64,000 nt of DNA from Candidatus Cloacimonadales bacterium (GTDB taxonomy: Bacteria > Cloacimonadota > Cloacimonadia > Cloacimonadales > DAONDQ01). The position numbers and the translations under genes are program-made. The notes below the pieces were generated by a model that worked only from the letters and a program-made list of their open reading frames with translations, was not told where the DNA came from and ran no database searches. The first letter of the stretch is position 1. Each line of letters begins with the position of its first letter. The stretch is from positions 4,288,001-4,352,000 of the forward strand of contig OY759316.1 of the NCBI GenBank assembly GCA_963662275.1, read 5' to 3'. Below, piece by piece: positions 50,101-59,193 of this stretch.

Positions 50101-50228
50101 ATATTAGCGATGCCAGCACAGGCTTTGTTTATCCTGAACGGCAAGTTGTGCACCAATTGTACATTCAGAACCCGAGTTATGTTGATAATGAACGCAACAT
50201 CACTCTAGGTGTTTCATATAATTTCTAA
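47169..50228 (+). CDS. TonB-dependent receptor with N-terminal carboxypeptidase-regulatory-like domain
   Basis: Signal peptide; TTGKLAGRVTD; plug HVRGGRGNE...IDG; FSAEYGNAQSGVVNIVTK; SPRLGVSHPIS; C-terminal LGVSYNF. Confidence 0.9.
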   Translation: MRKLFFAVMILCLFCSMALFAATTGKLAGRVTDSMGRPLAYANVILQGTQIGAQTKENGSFIIINVPPGTYNVIFTAIGYDKYTVNGVRINVDGTATVNAKLPIKGVAIEGVTVNAVQEKIQKGKVGSGRNIQMEQSGDVAVKSVEGLIALEAGVTQSGGEIHVRGGRGNEVVYSIDGMSVSDPVDGGAALSVDTDAIQDMSIMTGSFSAEYGNAQSGVVNIVTKDGDEFYSGKIEFDTDHIISEGRNSDLVKFALGGPILGNIAPALKKSLTFYINGAAAWDDGYYRALYKNSPNNDFIYRYPVYENTDSMHVITSRLLENEYSANDPYKNRKNFMGFDLGNRNFDSYNLNAKTKYVIDALQNVTFGIRGDRVTNNPFSHTWKYALDHYWSDRTDQRQYIVTYDKSFSPKQMNLKVKASYYDKVHDLGPKGVDRNNYMSLYINPDSLANPVNLAAYIRRIMNSSDYGYMSIDQIADGVMDDGYLPASFWTYRTQGLENAQNVEGFTAPGTIFDTFINDKTSTFNFRADLEYQLNSIHLAKTGFEVYKHHIVKDQLSGFLSIYEDRRQKYLDQIIDITDTLQYVDTDSTETGAFVPPQLLGVIQNGENNYIPIYKPQDYLAAAYAASGKHDSYIADPWQGAYYIQDKMEWEGMIVNLGVRTDFWYLGTKYQVKNDDGTYRYEDFKPEERLQLMVSPRLGVSHPISERDVLRFAYNYQNQLPQMQYIFTSKTPADAQVSDEIITVGNPKLQPQITVTYEVGLQHQISEDYVADITAYYKNIYNYVSTKKVSQPGQEQVYWYEYTSEDYGSARGLDLSVEKYMSNFFSANLAYSLSWAQGNNSDVVIQDVMTSLREFPLDWDIRHNLNASFSFRIDRGEEFFIPFTSLILPIDDFSANVTYNVASGSPYTPQTLLGSTALDTNSKRKDFTQNTNLKLTKTIAMNKKMSVRLFIDVQNLFKNMNVLTVYPKTGSPYVDGTDISDASTGFVYPERQVVHQLYIQNPSYVDNERNITLGVSYNF

Positions 50229-50249
50229 AAAAAGTAGGAGGAATAATAA

Positions 50250-50991
50250 AATGAGAAAGAAAATCACAATGACATTAATAATGGCCTGCAGTTTTATGAT
50301 GACGGCTATTGTATATGCTGCCGATACAGCGGCACCGCAGATCAGTGGTTTTGAAACATTAGCCCGTAAAGTTCTGGGAAGTGGTTTTGTGCAATTTTTC
50401 ATCGAGGGTGGATGGGCTATGTGGCCTATCCTGTTTATTGCTATTTATGGTATTGCTTACGCAATCTGGAAATTCATCTCCTTGAATTATGCAAAGATTA
50501 ATGTTACAAATTTTCTTGATACTTTCATACCTCTAATTGAAAAGAAGAATTTCAAAGAAGCTCTTGAAATGGCTAAGAAAACACGTGGTCCCATTGGGGC
50601 AACATTAGTTGCTGCTATGCTAAAAATTGATAAGGGACAAGCGGCCGTGGAGAAGGCGGTCGAAAATGCCGGTATAATAGAAATGTCTTTCCTCGAAAAA
50701 GGTTTTACTGAACTAGGTACCGCCATCACACTAGCTCCTATGTTAGGATTTCTAGGTACTGTTGCTGGTATGGTCCAGGCATTTGACGCTATTGCAAGAG
50801 CTGGATCTGTTGAACCAACGATCGTTGCATCAGGTATCAAGGTTGCATTGATCACCACAGTATCAGGCTTGGTTGTTGCCATTCCTATACAGATGCTGAG
50901 TAATATCTATATGGTTATGGTCGATGGTTTAGTTCTTGATCTTCAAAGAGTTACAGAGAAGGTTATGGAAACCCTCGTTGAACAGCAATAA
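50250..50991 (+). CDS. exbB: MotA/TolQ/ExbB proton channel
   Basis: APMLGFLGTVAGM..AF, GIKVALITTVSGL.VAIP. Likely start is the ATG near 50251 after AGGAGG; the ORF track starts at 50209. Confidence 0.88.
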
Positions 50992-51006
50992 CAGGGAGAA
51001 TATCAA

Positions 51007-51420
51007 ATGATTAAAAGAAAAAGGAAAGCTGGTCTTACAATACCAACAGCCTCTACTGGTGATATTGCTTTCCTGTTGATCATATTCTTCATGTCTACTA
51101 CTAAATTTGATACAAAGATCGGATTGGGTTTGACATTACCCCCCGCTGCTGTTGAAGGTGCGGAGAAGGTTAAAATAGCCGAAAAGAATATGACTAGAAT
51201 TTTCATTAGTAAAGATGGTCAGTTCTTGGTTAATGATCAGCTAATGGCAAGGCAAGATTTACCCAAACTTGAAGATATGATTCGGAAAAGTGTTTCTGAA
51301 AATCCAAAAATGGTGATCTCTTTGAAAACAGATCGCGAAGCAAGTTATGATGATATGATTATGGTTTTAGATCGTCTGCAGAAAGCAGGTGCTGCCAAAA
51401 TTGCATTATCGACGAATTAG
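51007..51420 (+). CDS. exbD: ExbD/TolR biopolymer transport protein
   Basis: STGDIAFLLIIFFM, KTDREASY. Confidence 0.88.
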   Translation: MIKRKRKAGLTIPTASTGDIAFLLIIFFMSTTKFDTKIGLGLTLPPAAVEGAEKVKIAEKNMTRIFISKDGQFLVNDQLMARQDLPKLEDMIRKSVSENPKMVISLKTDREASYDDMIMVLDRLQKAGAAKIALSTN

Positions 51421-51428
51421 GGGGAGAT

Positions 51429-51845
51429 ATGGCAAAATTCCTGAGAAAAAGAAAAAAATTCCTTATCCCCGATTGCTCAACATCAGACATTGCATTCCTG
51501 CTCTTACTTTTTTTCATGGTGACAACGGTGTTCGTGAAGGAAAAGAAATTTTGGGTAGCTATGGATCGTTTACCAAATGCGGAATCTATGACTAAAATAC
51601 CTCGTCAACATGCGGCTACTATATATGTAACAGCGAATGGAGATATTTTTATTGATGACTTTATGGTTCCCTTAGAACAAGTTGGAGTTGTTGAACAACA
51701 GAAGCTTGCCTTAGATTATAATCTGGTAACAAGCTTTCGTACAGATCGTAATTCTCGATATGGTGTCATGTCCGATATTCTTAAGCAAATGCAAGATGTC
51801 GGTGCATATAAAGTATCATTTGAAGCAAAAAGAAAGAGGTTATGA
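51429..51845 (+). CDS. exbD: ExbD/TolR biopolymer transport protein (second copy)
   Basis: STSDIAFLLLLFFMV, RTDRNSRYG. Confidence 0.85.
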   Translation: MAKFLRKRKKFLIPDCSTSDIAFLLLLFFMVTTVFVKEKKFWVAMDRLPNAESMTKIPRQHAATIYVTANGDIFIDDFMVPLEQVGVVEQQKLALDYNLVTSFRTDRNSRYGVMSDILKQMQDVGAYKVSFEAKRKRL

Positions 51846-52495
51846 CCATGGCTAAAATAAGGATGCATGATTGGAAAGATATAGCACTGTCATATCTGGA
51901 TAAATCTTTCAGTTTATCAATTTTGTTCTTTCTATTTGTTGTGATGGTTTCACCTAAACTAAAAATTCAACCCTATCAATATCAAAGCAAAGATGTTCAA
52001 TCCATAGATATTCCTGCAGAAATGCGAGAAAAGATCAAACCTCCTGAAAACATAACCAAACCGGTTTTCAATGTTGTTATTGATGAAAATCTTAGTGGAA
52101 GAGATGTTGGTGGAGAAATCAAAGAGATAGAATCAATAGATCCTACGACTCTTGATCTGAAATCAAAGGTGGAAGGAGTTCGCAAAATAGGTGAAACGCC
52201 TAAATTCGTGGCATACGAAGATCCACCTGTTGTCGTTAGCAAAGTCGTTCCTGAATATACACAGTTTGCGAGAAGAGCAAATATTCAAGGTACTGTATGG
52301 CTGGATGTGGAAATACTCGTTGATGGACGTGTTGGAGCTGTTGTAGTTAAGAAAACTCTTGATAGTAGCCCTGGTGGTTTAGATGAGGCTGCAATTGCAG
52401 CAGTCAAGAAGTGGAAATTCCAACCAGCAAAAAGTAGTGGTAGACCTGTTGCATGTTGGGCGGCAATCCCTGTAGTATTTTCGCTTAGCCAATAA
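51842..52495 (+). CDS. tonB: Energy transducer TonB
   Basis: N-terminal TM helix; PEY..FARRANIQGTV...DG.V...LDEAAIAAVKKWKFQPA. Confidence 0.9.
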   Translation: MTMAKIRMHDWKDIALSYLDKSFSLSILFFLFVVMVSPKLKIQPYQYQSKDVQSIDIPAEMREKIKPPENITKPVFNVVIDENLSGRDVGGEIKEIESIDPTTLDLKSKVEGVRKIGETPKFVAYEDPPVVVSKVVPEYTQFARRANIQGTVWLDVEILVDGRVGAVVVKKTLDSSPGGLDEAAIAAVKKWKFQPAKSSGRPVACWAAIPVVFSLSQ

Positions 52496-52613
52496 GACTT
52501 AAGTAAGTGAAATGGATTTTATCTTAATTATCTAGAAAAAAATAAATTAAGTAATTGTGTATTGACGAAGTTATCAATGCAACAGAAGGATATTATAAAG
52601 TGGAGGATTATAC

Positions 52614-55600
52614 ATGAGATTATCCTTGAAATTCATTTGTATTTTGATGGTATTTCTGATCGCCTGTACAATGTTAATGGCTAGGGCAGTCACACCTCAA
52701 GAGCAATCAAAAAAATTCGATTTATCTAAATGGCACAATGTCGGAAACATCTGGTTACGAGTTAGTAACTATGGATTTTTCGGAGCTGGTGATGCAACCG
52801 ATCCTTCCTGGCCATCTTTAGAATATCCGGGTGGATCAGGTATTGATTATCTGTATCAAGGTGCATTGTGGTTTGGCGCTAAAAAGGCTCGGAGAAGTTT
52901 AGATGGAAAAAAACTGTATTGGTTCGCTAACAAGCCAACTAATACTCCAGCTGATAGCGCAAGAACTATTACCGTTGATGATACCTTATGGAATCCGAAT
53001 AAAAAAGCTGTTTTAGATACTTTAGTAACTGTTGGTTTTGATGGAGATTTAGGATTAAATGAATTTTTACCTGCGTATAATCCTCTCGAAAGCAGCAATG
53101 GAAATATTGCTTCAGACTTCAATTTATATCAGAACTCGGATGATATTATGTCAGCCTCAACTCGTACTCAAAAAAGAGGGACTGATGATGACGGAGATAA
53201 TAGCATCGATGAAGATTTTGCAGGATATACATTTCCATTTCGACCTAGTAGCGAATTACCTTCTCAGTTTTCAGGATTTGGTGCTTTATTCCCACACGAA
53301 TTAACTCTAATACAAACTGATATTATCAAAAAAGGAAACAATCTGGATATTTGGTTTCCACTAGGATTCATGGATTTGGGAACTGCCATTGATGGGATTA
53401 ATCCCCGTTTTAATTTTACATCTCCAAATGATGATGACGGAGATGGACTTATTGATGAAGATGGTGCTCCAGTTTCAGAACAGGATTTTGTATCTTATTA
53501 CTACGATTATAGTCCTTTTGGAACGAGAGGAGATAGGGACTGGGGACGAGATAAGTCACAAACAACGCATGTGCCTTTAAATGTTATGGTGCGTCAGATG
53601 AGCTACCAGTGGAGTTATGATTATATTAAAAATCTTTGTTATGTGGAATTTGATATCACGAATATGAATGCTCAGGATACGCTTTATGACTGTGCTATGG
53701 GTATTTATATGGATAGTGATTGTGGCCCGCAGACTTGGACTGGTGACCAGAGATCACTTGACGATATTTCTGGTTACGTGAGTGGTTCTGGTTATGAATT
53801 TGCCTATACTAGGGATGACAATGGCGATGGTGGTTTAACTACAGGTATTATTGGTTCCAGAGTATGTTCACCTGATCCTTCAGACTTGCAGTTTGCATGT
53901 TGGTATTGGGAACGTGGAGACGGACCAGATGATTCAGATGCCTTAAACTTGAACCCTACTAAAAAAACTGCCAACGAAAAATACAGGCTTTTAACCAATG
54001 ATCCTAAAAATCCCGATATAAACAAATATACTTCCTTGAAACCGCCTGAAAACTCTTCTTCAACTGAATATCATCAACCATCACCTTCAGATACACGGTA
54101 TTTATTTGCCTTTTACGGTTCTCAACAAGGATACACAAATCCCAGTGATCTTACAGCATGGAATCTAAAACCAGGCAATACGATGAAAATAGTAATTGCG
54201 GTATTTCCCGGTAAAGATCTCGAAGATTTAAAAGCTTCAGCAAACTGGGCTGCAACTATTTATGGTAAAGCTCAAACCTTAAACACTGTGGTTTTACCTG
54301 ATACTTTTCCACACTATAATCCACCTGAACCGCCGACGATACCTAAAATGGGTGCAATTATTGTTGGTAGCGGAAACGGTATAGATGTATATTGGGATAA
54401 TCGGTCTGAGTATTCTTATGATTCGAAAACTGTGACTGATGCTGTTACAGGATGGCAGGATTCTCTTCATGTGGTAAATCATGGTTTTAACAGCGATCCA
54501 ACTTCTCTCAGTGTCCCACATGCTGATTATCCTCCTCAATTTGCAAATCTTCCAGGTATTGTTGTACCTAATAGCAACGCAACTGTAAATCCATTTACAT
54601 CCTATAGACTTAGGCATGATTTCCAAGGTTATACACTTTGGGGAAGATCTGGAAGTGGTTCGCAAGAAGATTGGGTTCTGCAGGAAAAATGGGATAAAAT
54701 TGATACTCCTCAAGATGTTCTAGATTATTCGATCAATCCAACAGATAGTGTAGATTATGGTGGATATCTTGGAAGTAATAAAGGTCTGCCTAATGAAATG
54801 GAAGCAACAAATGCAGATACACTATTTTATAAATATGATGAAAATTACTTTTTAAAGAAGATTGTTCCCCATGATAAATTCTATGGAATTCATCTCTATA
54901 ATCCGCATGTCGAATGGTCTGATTCTTTACAAACAGTTGCTAATGCCATGGCGAATAATTCCTCATATCCAACACAAGAAGAGAAAAATATGCAGGCTTT
55001 AATGTTTAAAAACCAAAATGTTCCTGCTTATATTTTCCTTGAATTGTATGATGATGCTTTAATACCGCTACTTAAGCATGGAGGACAGACGAGTTTACCT
55101 CTTGCTGAGTTTGAAAATGCTAATGATTACACAAAGCTCATAAAACTCAAACAATCTCGTTTAGCAAGGCGTTATTACACATCACATATTTATAATCCAC
55201 CGAAAGGTATTGAATATTATGTAGCAGTTACTGCTTATGATCGAGGTATTCCTAGTCAAAATCTGAATTACTTGGAAACAGGTCGTGATGCGAGTGCAAA
55301 TATGAAAACACTATTCCCTGGACCTTTAGCGAATGAAAGTATGAATAACATTTATGTCGTTCCAAATCCGTATTTAGGATTAAGTAAATTTGATGGACGA
55401 CGTGAAAATGATATGAAAGGTGATAGAAGTAAGAGAATATGGTTTGTGAATATTCCTGAAAGATGTCAAATTCGAATTTATACACTTGCCGGTGACTTAG
55501 TTGACGAAATATCGCATAATGGAGCATATAATGAAGATGTGATTACAATTAGTAAAGCTTCTGCATTAGGTATTGCTGCCAGTGGTATTCAGTCCTGGGA

Positions 55601-55718
55601 CTTATTAGCAAAACATGGTCAAGTTAGTCAAATTACTGCCAGTGGTATCTACCTGTTTTCTGTAGAGAACAAGAAGAATGGGGAAAGAAAAACCGGCAAA
55701 TTTGTATTACTTAAATAA
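52614..55718 (+). CDS. Large secreted protein with DxDGDGxxDED repeats and CTD-like C-terminus
   Basis: Signal peptide; SNYGFFG...EYP.GSG..YLYQGALWFG; DDDGDNSIDED and DDDGDGLIDED; IYVVPNPY...IRIYTLAGDLV...WDL...ASGIY...GKFVLLK. Confidence 0.8.
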   Translation: MRLSLKFICILMVFLIACTMLMARAVTPQEQSKKFDLSKWHNVGNIWLRVSNYGFFGAGDATDPSWPSLEYPGGSGIDYLYQGALWFGAKKARRSLDGKKLYWFANKPTNTPADSARTITVDDTLWNPNKKAVLDTLVTVGFDGDLGLNEFLPAYNPLESSNGNIASDFNLYQNSDDIMSASTRTQKRGTDDDGDNSIDEDFAGYTFPFRPSSELPSQFSGFGALFPHELTLIQTDIIKKGNNLDIWFPLGFMDLGTAIDGINPRFNFTSPNDDDGDGLIDEDGAPVSEQDFVSYYYDYSPFGTRGDRDWGRDKSQTTHVPLNVMVRQMSYQWSYDYIKNLCYVEFDITNMNAQDTLYDCAMGIYMDSDCGPQTWTGDQRSLDDISGYVSGSGYEFAYTRDDNGDGGLTTGIIGSRVCSPDPSDLQFACWYWERGDGPDDSDALNLNPTKKTANEKYRLLTNDPKNPDINKYTSLKPPENSSSTEYHQPSPSDTRYLFAFYGSQQGYTNPSDLTAWNLKPGNTMKIVIAVFPGKDLEDLKASANWAATIYGKAQTLNTVVLPDTFPHYNPPEPPTIPKMGAIIVGSGNGIDVYWDNRSEYSYDSKTVTDAVTGWQDSLHVVNHGFNSDPTSLSVPHADYPPQFANLPGIVVPNSNATVNPFTSYRLRHDFQGYTLWGRSGSGSQEDWVLQEKWDKIDTPQDVLDYSINPTDSVDYGGYLGSNKGLPNEMEATNADTLFYKYDENYFLKKIVPHDKFYGIHLYNPHVEWSDSLQTVANAMANNSSYPTQEEKNMQALMFKNQNVPAYIFLELYDDALIPLLKHGGQTSLPLAEFENANDYTKLIKLKQSRLARRYYTSHIYNPPKGIEYYVAVTAYDRGIPSQNLNYLETGRDASANMKTLFPGPLANESMNNIYVVPNPYLGLSKFDGRRENDMKGDRSKRIWFVNIPERCQIRIYTLAGDLVDEISHNGAYNEDVITISKASALGIAASGIQSWDLLAKHGQVSQITASGIYLFSVENKKNGERKTGKFVLLK

Positions 55719-55727
55719 GGAGGAACT

Positions 55728-56759
55728 GTGAAAAAGATCATCCTATTATTAACCCTGGTTGTTCTGACTGCAGCTCCTGCTTTTTTGAATGCTGGAATTT
55801 TTCCTAAAACAGGTACTGCATCATTACAGTTTTTAAAACTTGGTATTGATGCTCGTGCCACAGGTATGGGAGAAGCGTATACAGCAGTTACAAATGATAT
55901 TTCATCTGTTTACTGGAATCCTGCAGGTCTGGCTTTGATACCTCAACAACAGGCATTTTTTTCTCACACCAACTGGCCTGGTGAAATCATGCATGATTAT
56001 GCGGCTGTTTCTCGTTCGACAGGTGTTTCCGCTTATGCTTTTAGTGCTTCTGTTCTACATATGGCACCCATGGATGTGACAACTGCTGATGCTTTTGGAC
56101 CAACTGGAGAAAAATTCAATTACATGGATATGGCACTGGGTCTTACGTATTCCAGTGCTTTTACAGATAAATTCTCATTTGGTTTTACGGGTAAGTACTT
56201 AAGAGAATCTACTGCTGGTTATAGTATAGACAGTTATTCACTCGACTTGGGTTCTCTCTACAATACAAAGTGGAAAAATCTTACGATTGGAATGGCATTA
56301 CGAAATTTTGGACCTGATGTAAAGTATACAATTGATAATGATGAAGATAACCACATGGATGAAGATCCGGTTGATTTGTTGGATAATGATGGGGATGGAC
56401 TCATTGATGAGGATCCACCTGAATTAGGTGCAAAGATACCAATGGATTTTTCAATGGGTGCTTCCGTTGATTTATATCGCACAGATACTGAATATTGTAT
56501 AGCTTCTGCACAACTAGATAACTGTATTGACAGGCAGGAAACGTGGAATCTTGGAAGTGAATATAAATTTGGTTCATTATTTGCTCGTATAGGTTATCAG
56601 TTGAATTATGATACCTATGGTCCAAGTGCTGGGTTAGGGTGGGAATTAGCAACCCGTATTGCTGTTTTTAACATCGATTATGCTTATACGAATATGGGTA
56701 AGATGGCGGAAGATTTTATCGGGAGTGCACACCGTTTATCCATAAAAATGAAGTTCTAA
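55728..56759 (+). CDS. PorV/PorQ (UPF0164)-family outer-membrane beta-barrel with acidic Ca-binding-like insertion
   Basis: GTASLQFLKLGIDARATGMGEA, YWNPAGL, IDYAY...HRLSIKMKF; insertion DNDEDNHMDED...DNDGDGLIDED. Confidence 0.82.
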   Translation: MKKIILLLTLVVLTAAPAFLNAGIFPKTGTASLQFLKLGIDARATGMGEAYTAVTNDISSVYWNPAGLALIPQQQAFFSHTNWPGEIMHDYAAVSRSTGVSAYAFSASVLHMAPMDVTTADAFGPTGEKFNYMDMALGLTYSSAFTDKFSFGFTGKYLRESTAGYSIDSYSLDLGSLYNTKWKNLTIGMALRNFGPDVKYTIDNDEDNHMDEDPVDLLDNDGDGLIDEDPPELGAKIPMDFSMGASVDLYRTDTEYCIASAQLDNCIDRQETWNLGSEYKFGSLFARIGYQLNYDTYGPSAGLGWELATRIAVFNIDYAYTNMGKMAEDFIGSAHRLSIKMKF

Positions 56760-56825
56760 CAGAATATAAGCAAAATGTAATTGAAACAAGCGTTTCGATT
56801 ACGCTTATTTATATAAGGAGGAAAG

Positions 56826-59072
56826 ATGAAGCGTCTAATAATAATACTTTCATTACTTGTTTTATTGATCGGTTGCTTGTCAGCCCAAGAGATGAAAGCA
56901 TTGTCAAAATCTAACATACCGGTAAAGCTAGCACCCTCTCCCTTGAGATTACCGACTCGTGAGGCACCTGCATATGAATTTTCAACTCTACCTTTTTCAC
57001 TACGCTCATCGTATTGGGATTATATGATCGGTGGTTATACTACCCTTCCAGTACGTGTGCAATCTGCTGCTACTGGTGGCGGAATTTATTTGACTTATAT
57101 GGGTCAAACAGATCCAACTACCAATGCTGGGCTGAGACGTGTTTTTTACACATATATTGGAGCTGATGGTGTAGTTGGTTCTAATAATGAGCTTACAGAT
57201 GATACGATTAGAGAAGGTTACAGTTCTGTTGATATTGATCGTCTCAGTGGTAAACCTATTTTTGCCTGGCATACTAGTGCTAATCCCCCCACTGATACTC
57301 ATTATAATGTTGCTTTTGCCTGGGATGCATATCTGGAAGGGATTCCAGGTTTGATCAGTGAACCCATTAAAATTATTAATTATCCAGACACAATGATTGT
57401 CAACGATGTTTCTATAAATGATAATGAATTTATATGGCCCAATGTTCAAATTGGTCCATCTCCGCTTGCAGATTATCGTCGTGTTTATATTTCTACGACT
57501 AACGTCAAAGGTCATACCGTACTAGGTGATGATGGCGAATCGCTTCCTTCAGAAAATCAGAAGATCGCATATGCGGATTTTACACCTGCTATGATGGAAA
57601 ATGGTGACACATTGATTTGGCATTATACAACAATTCCGTTATTAGATATATGGAATAATACCGATACATCATTTCGTCGTCCTTACTATTCAAACCTGGT
57701 TGGAGAAGATGGAAAATATTACATCGTTGGGTGGCATGATTCAGCAGAAGAAAACGTAGATATCGCTATCCATGAACCTTATTTAGATGTTTGGATTAAT
57801 AGCAATTATGGTGAAGGTGAATGGACAAAGTATTCTATGAATCCAGATGTAGAAATTCCCAATCCAATTGATCCCACGGACACTCTTGGCTATTTTAGAG
57901 ATGATAATGGTACTCCATTTCCCTCTTTGAGATATGTAGTAAAAGAAGGTTGTCATATGAATGCATCTCTCGATAACAATGGATTACTCCATTTCCCATT
58001 AATTTCATTTTTAAAATCTGACAGTACACATTGGTATCCTACTACTTCTTATATGAAGGATGTTCAATTCAACACTAGATACAATACTTTCAAGGTGTGT
58101 GATGTATATCCGCAGTCTGTAAATCCGAATGATGGTAATCCAGCAATTCCTTGGGATCTTGATGGTCTTGGACCACAATTCGTACTTAGCTCAGCGGATT
58201 CTACAACCTACATTTTACAGTCAACTTCTGATATGCCATATGTATACTGGGATTCAGAAGCTGTTGATAATGGCATGGCGTTTAATTATAATTACTGTCA
58301 TTTATCAAAAATGAACGATAATGATCAAATGGTCATGGTATGGGCTGATTCTTATCGTGCTTATTTACGTAACACATATCCGACTGCTTATCCAGAACTT
58401 GCACCATTTCAGCAAGTACCGGAAACTTATATTTCCATCTATCCAACAACTTACGTTGATTCACTCGGCACTTCACATCCTGAATATGGTGCAGTGTGGA
58501 GTGAGCCGATTGTCTTAAATTCAGTTGAAACACCTCAACTCACTGTCGCGGGAGATCCGATGATTCCTGAGTGGGTATATCCTGGTGATTATGTTGAATA
58601 CCTGGGAACAGATGCTGATAATAATAGGATTGGCAGAGTTCACCTGATGTTTTACGATGATAATTCCTGGGGTGCTGCATCAATCGATCCTGCTGTTGGT
58701 CAACCCAATGGTGGTAAAGTTATGTATACGGCGATTGATATTAAATGGCCTCCATGTGATGCGGTTGGAGCGAATGATCCTGTTGTTCCACCTTCAACAA
58801 GAATGTTGAAGCAGAACTATCCAAATCCTTTCAATCCAACTACTTCGATTTCTTTCAGTCTGCCGAAATCAGGGAAAGCATCTCTGAAGATTTATAATAT
58901 CAAGGGTCAGCTTGTAAAGACTCTTGTCAACGGTCCGACTGCAGGTGGAGATCACACAGTGGTATGGAACGGCAAGAACGATAATGATAACAGTGTTAGT
59001 TCAGGTATCTATTTCTACTCTCTCAAGAGTGGTTCACATACTGAAACTAAGAAAATGATGATGGTTAAATAA
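56826..59072 (+). CDS. Secreted protein with C-terminal FlgD-Ig/T9SS-like domain
   Basis: Signal peptide; LKQNYPNPFNPTT...IYNIKGQLVKTL...WNG...SSGIYFY...KKMMMVK. Confidence 0.85.
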   Translation: MKRLIIILSLLVLLIGCLSAQEMKALSKSNIPVKLAPSPLRLPTREAPAYEFSTLPFSLRSSYWDYMIGGYTTLPVRVQSAATGGGIYLTYMGQTDPTTNAGLRRVFYTYIGADGVVGSNNELTDDTIREGYSSVDIDRLSGKPIFAWHTSANPPTDTHYNVAFAWDAYLEGIPGLISEPIKIINYPDTMIVNDVSINDNEFIWPNVQIGPSPLADYRRVYISTTNVKGHTVLGDDGESLPSENQKIAYADFTPAMMENGDTLIWHYTTIPLLDIWNNTDTSFRRPYYSNLVGEDGKYYIVGWHDSAEENVDIAIHEPYLDVWINSNYGEGEWTKYSMNPDVEIPNPIDPTDTLGYFRDDNGTPFPSLRYVVKEGCHMNASLDNNGLLHFPLISFLKSDSTHWYPTTSYMKDVQFNTRYNTFKVCDVYPQSVNPNDGNPAIPWDLDGLGPQFVLSSADSTTYILQSTSDMPYVYWDSEAVDNGMAFNYNYCHLSKMNDNDQMVMVWADSYRAYLRNTYPTAYPELAPFQQVPETYISIYPTTYVDSLGTSHPEYGAVWSEPIVLNSVETPQLTVAGDPMIPEWVYPGDYVEYLGTDADNNRIGRVHLMFYDDNSWGAASIDPAVGQPNGGKVMYTAIDIKWPPCDAVGANDPVVPPSTRMLKQNYPNPFNPTTSISFSLPKSGKASLKIYNIKGQLVKTLVNGPTAGGDHTVVWNGKNDNDNSVSSGIYFYSLKSGSHTETKKMMMVK

Positions 59073-59089
59073 AGCATACTTAACTAAAT

Positions 59090-59121
59090 AAAAAAAGGCG
59101 GCTGTAAGACAGCCGCCTTTT
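59090..59121. terminator. Intrinsic terminator
   Basis: AAAAGGCGGCTGT-AAG-ACAGCCGCCTTTT. Confidence 0.85.
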
Positions 59122-59193
59122 CATATATCTATGAATATTGACAAATATCTTTATTGTGTAAAATGGTATTAGTAGTTTAATAAGGAGTTGTGA

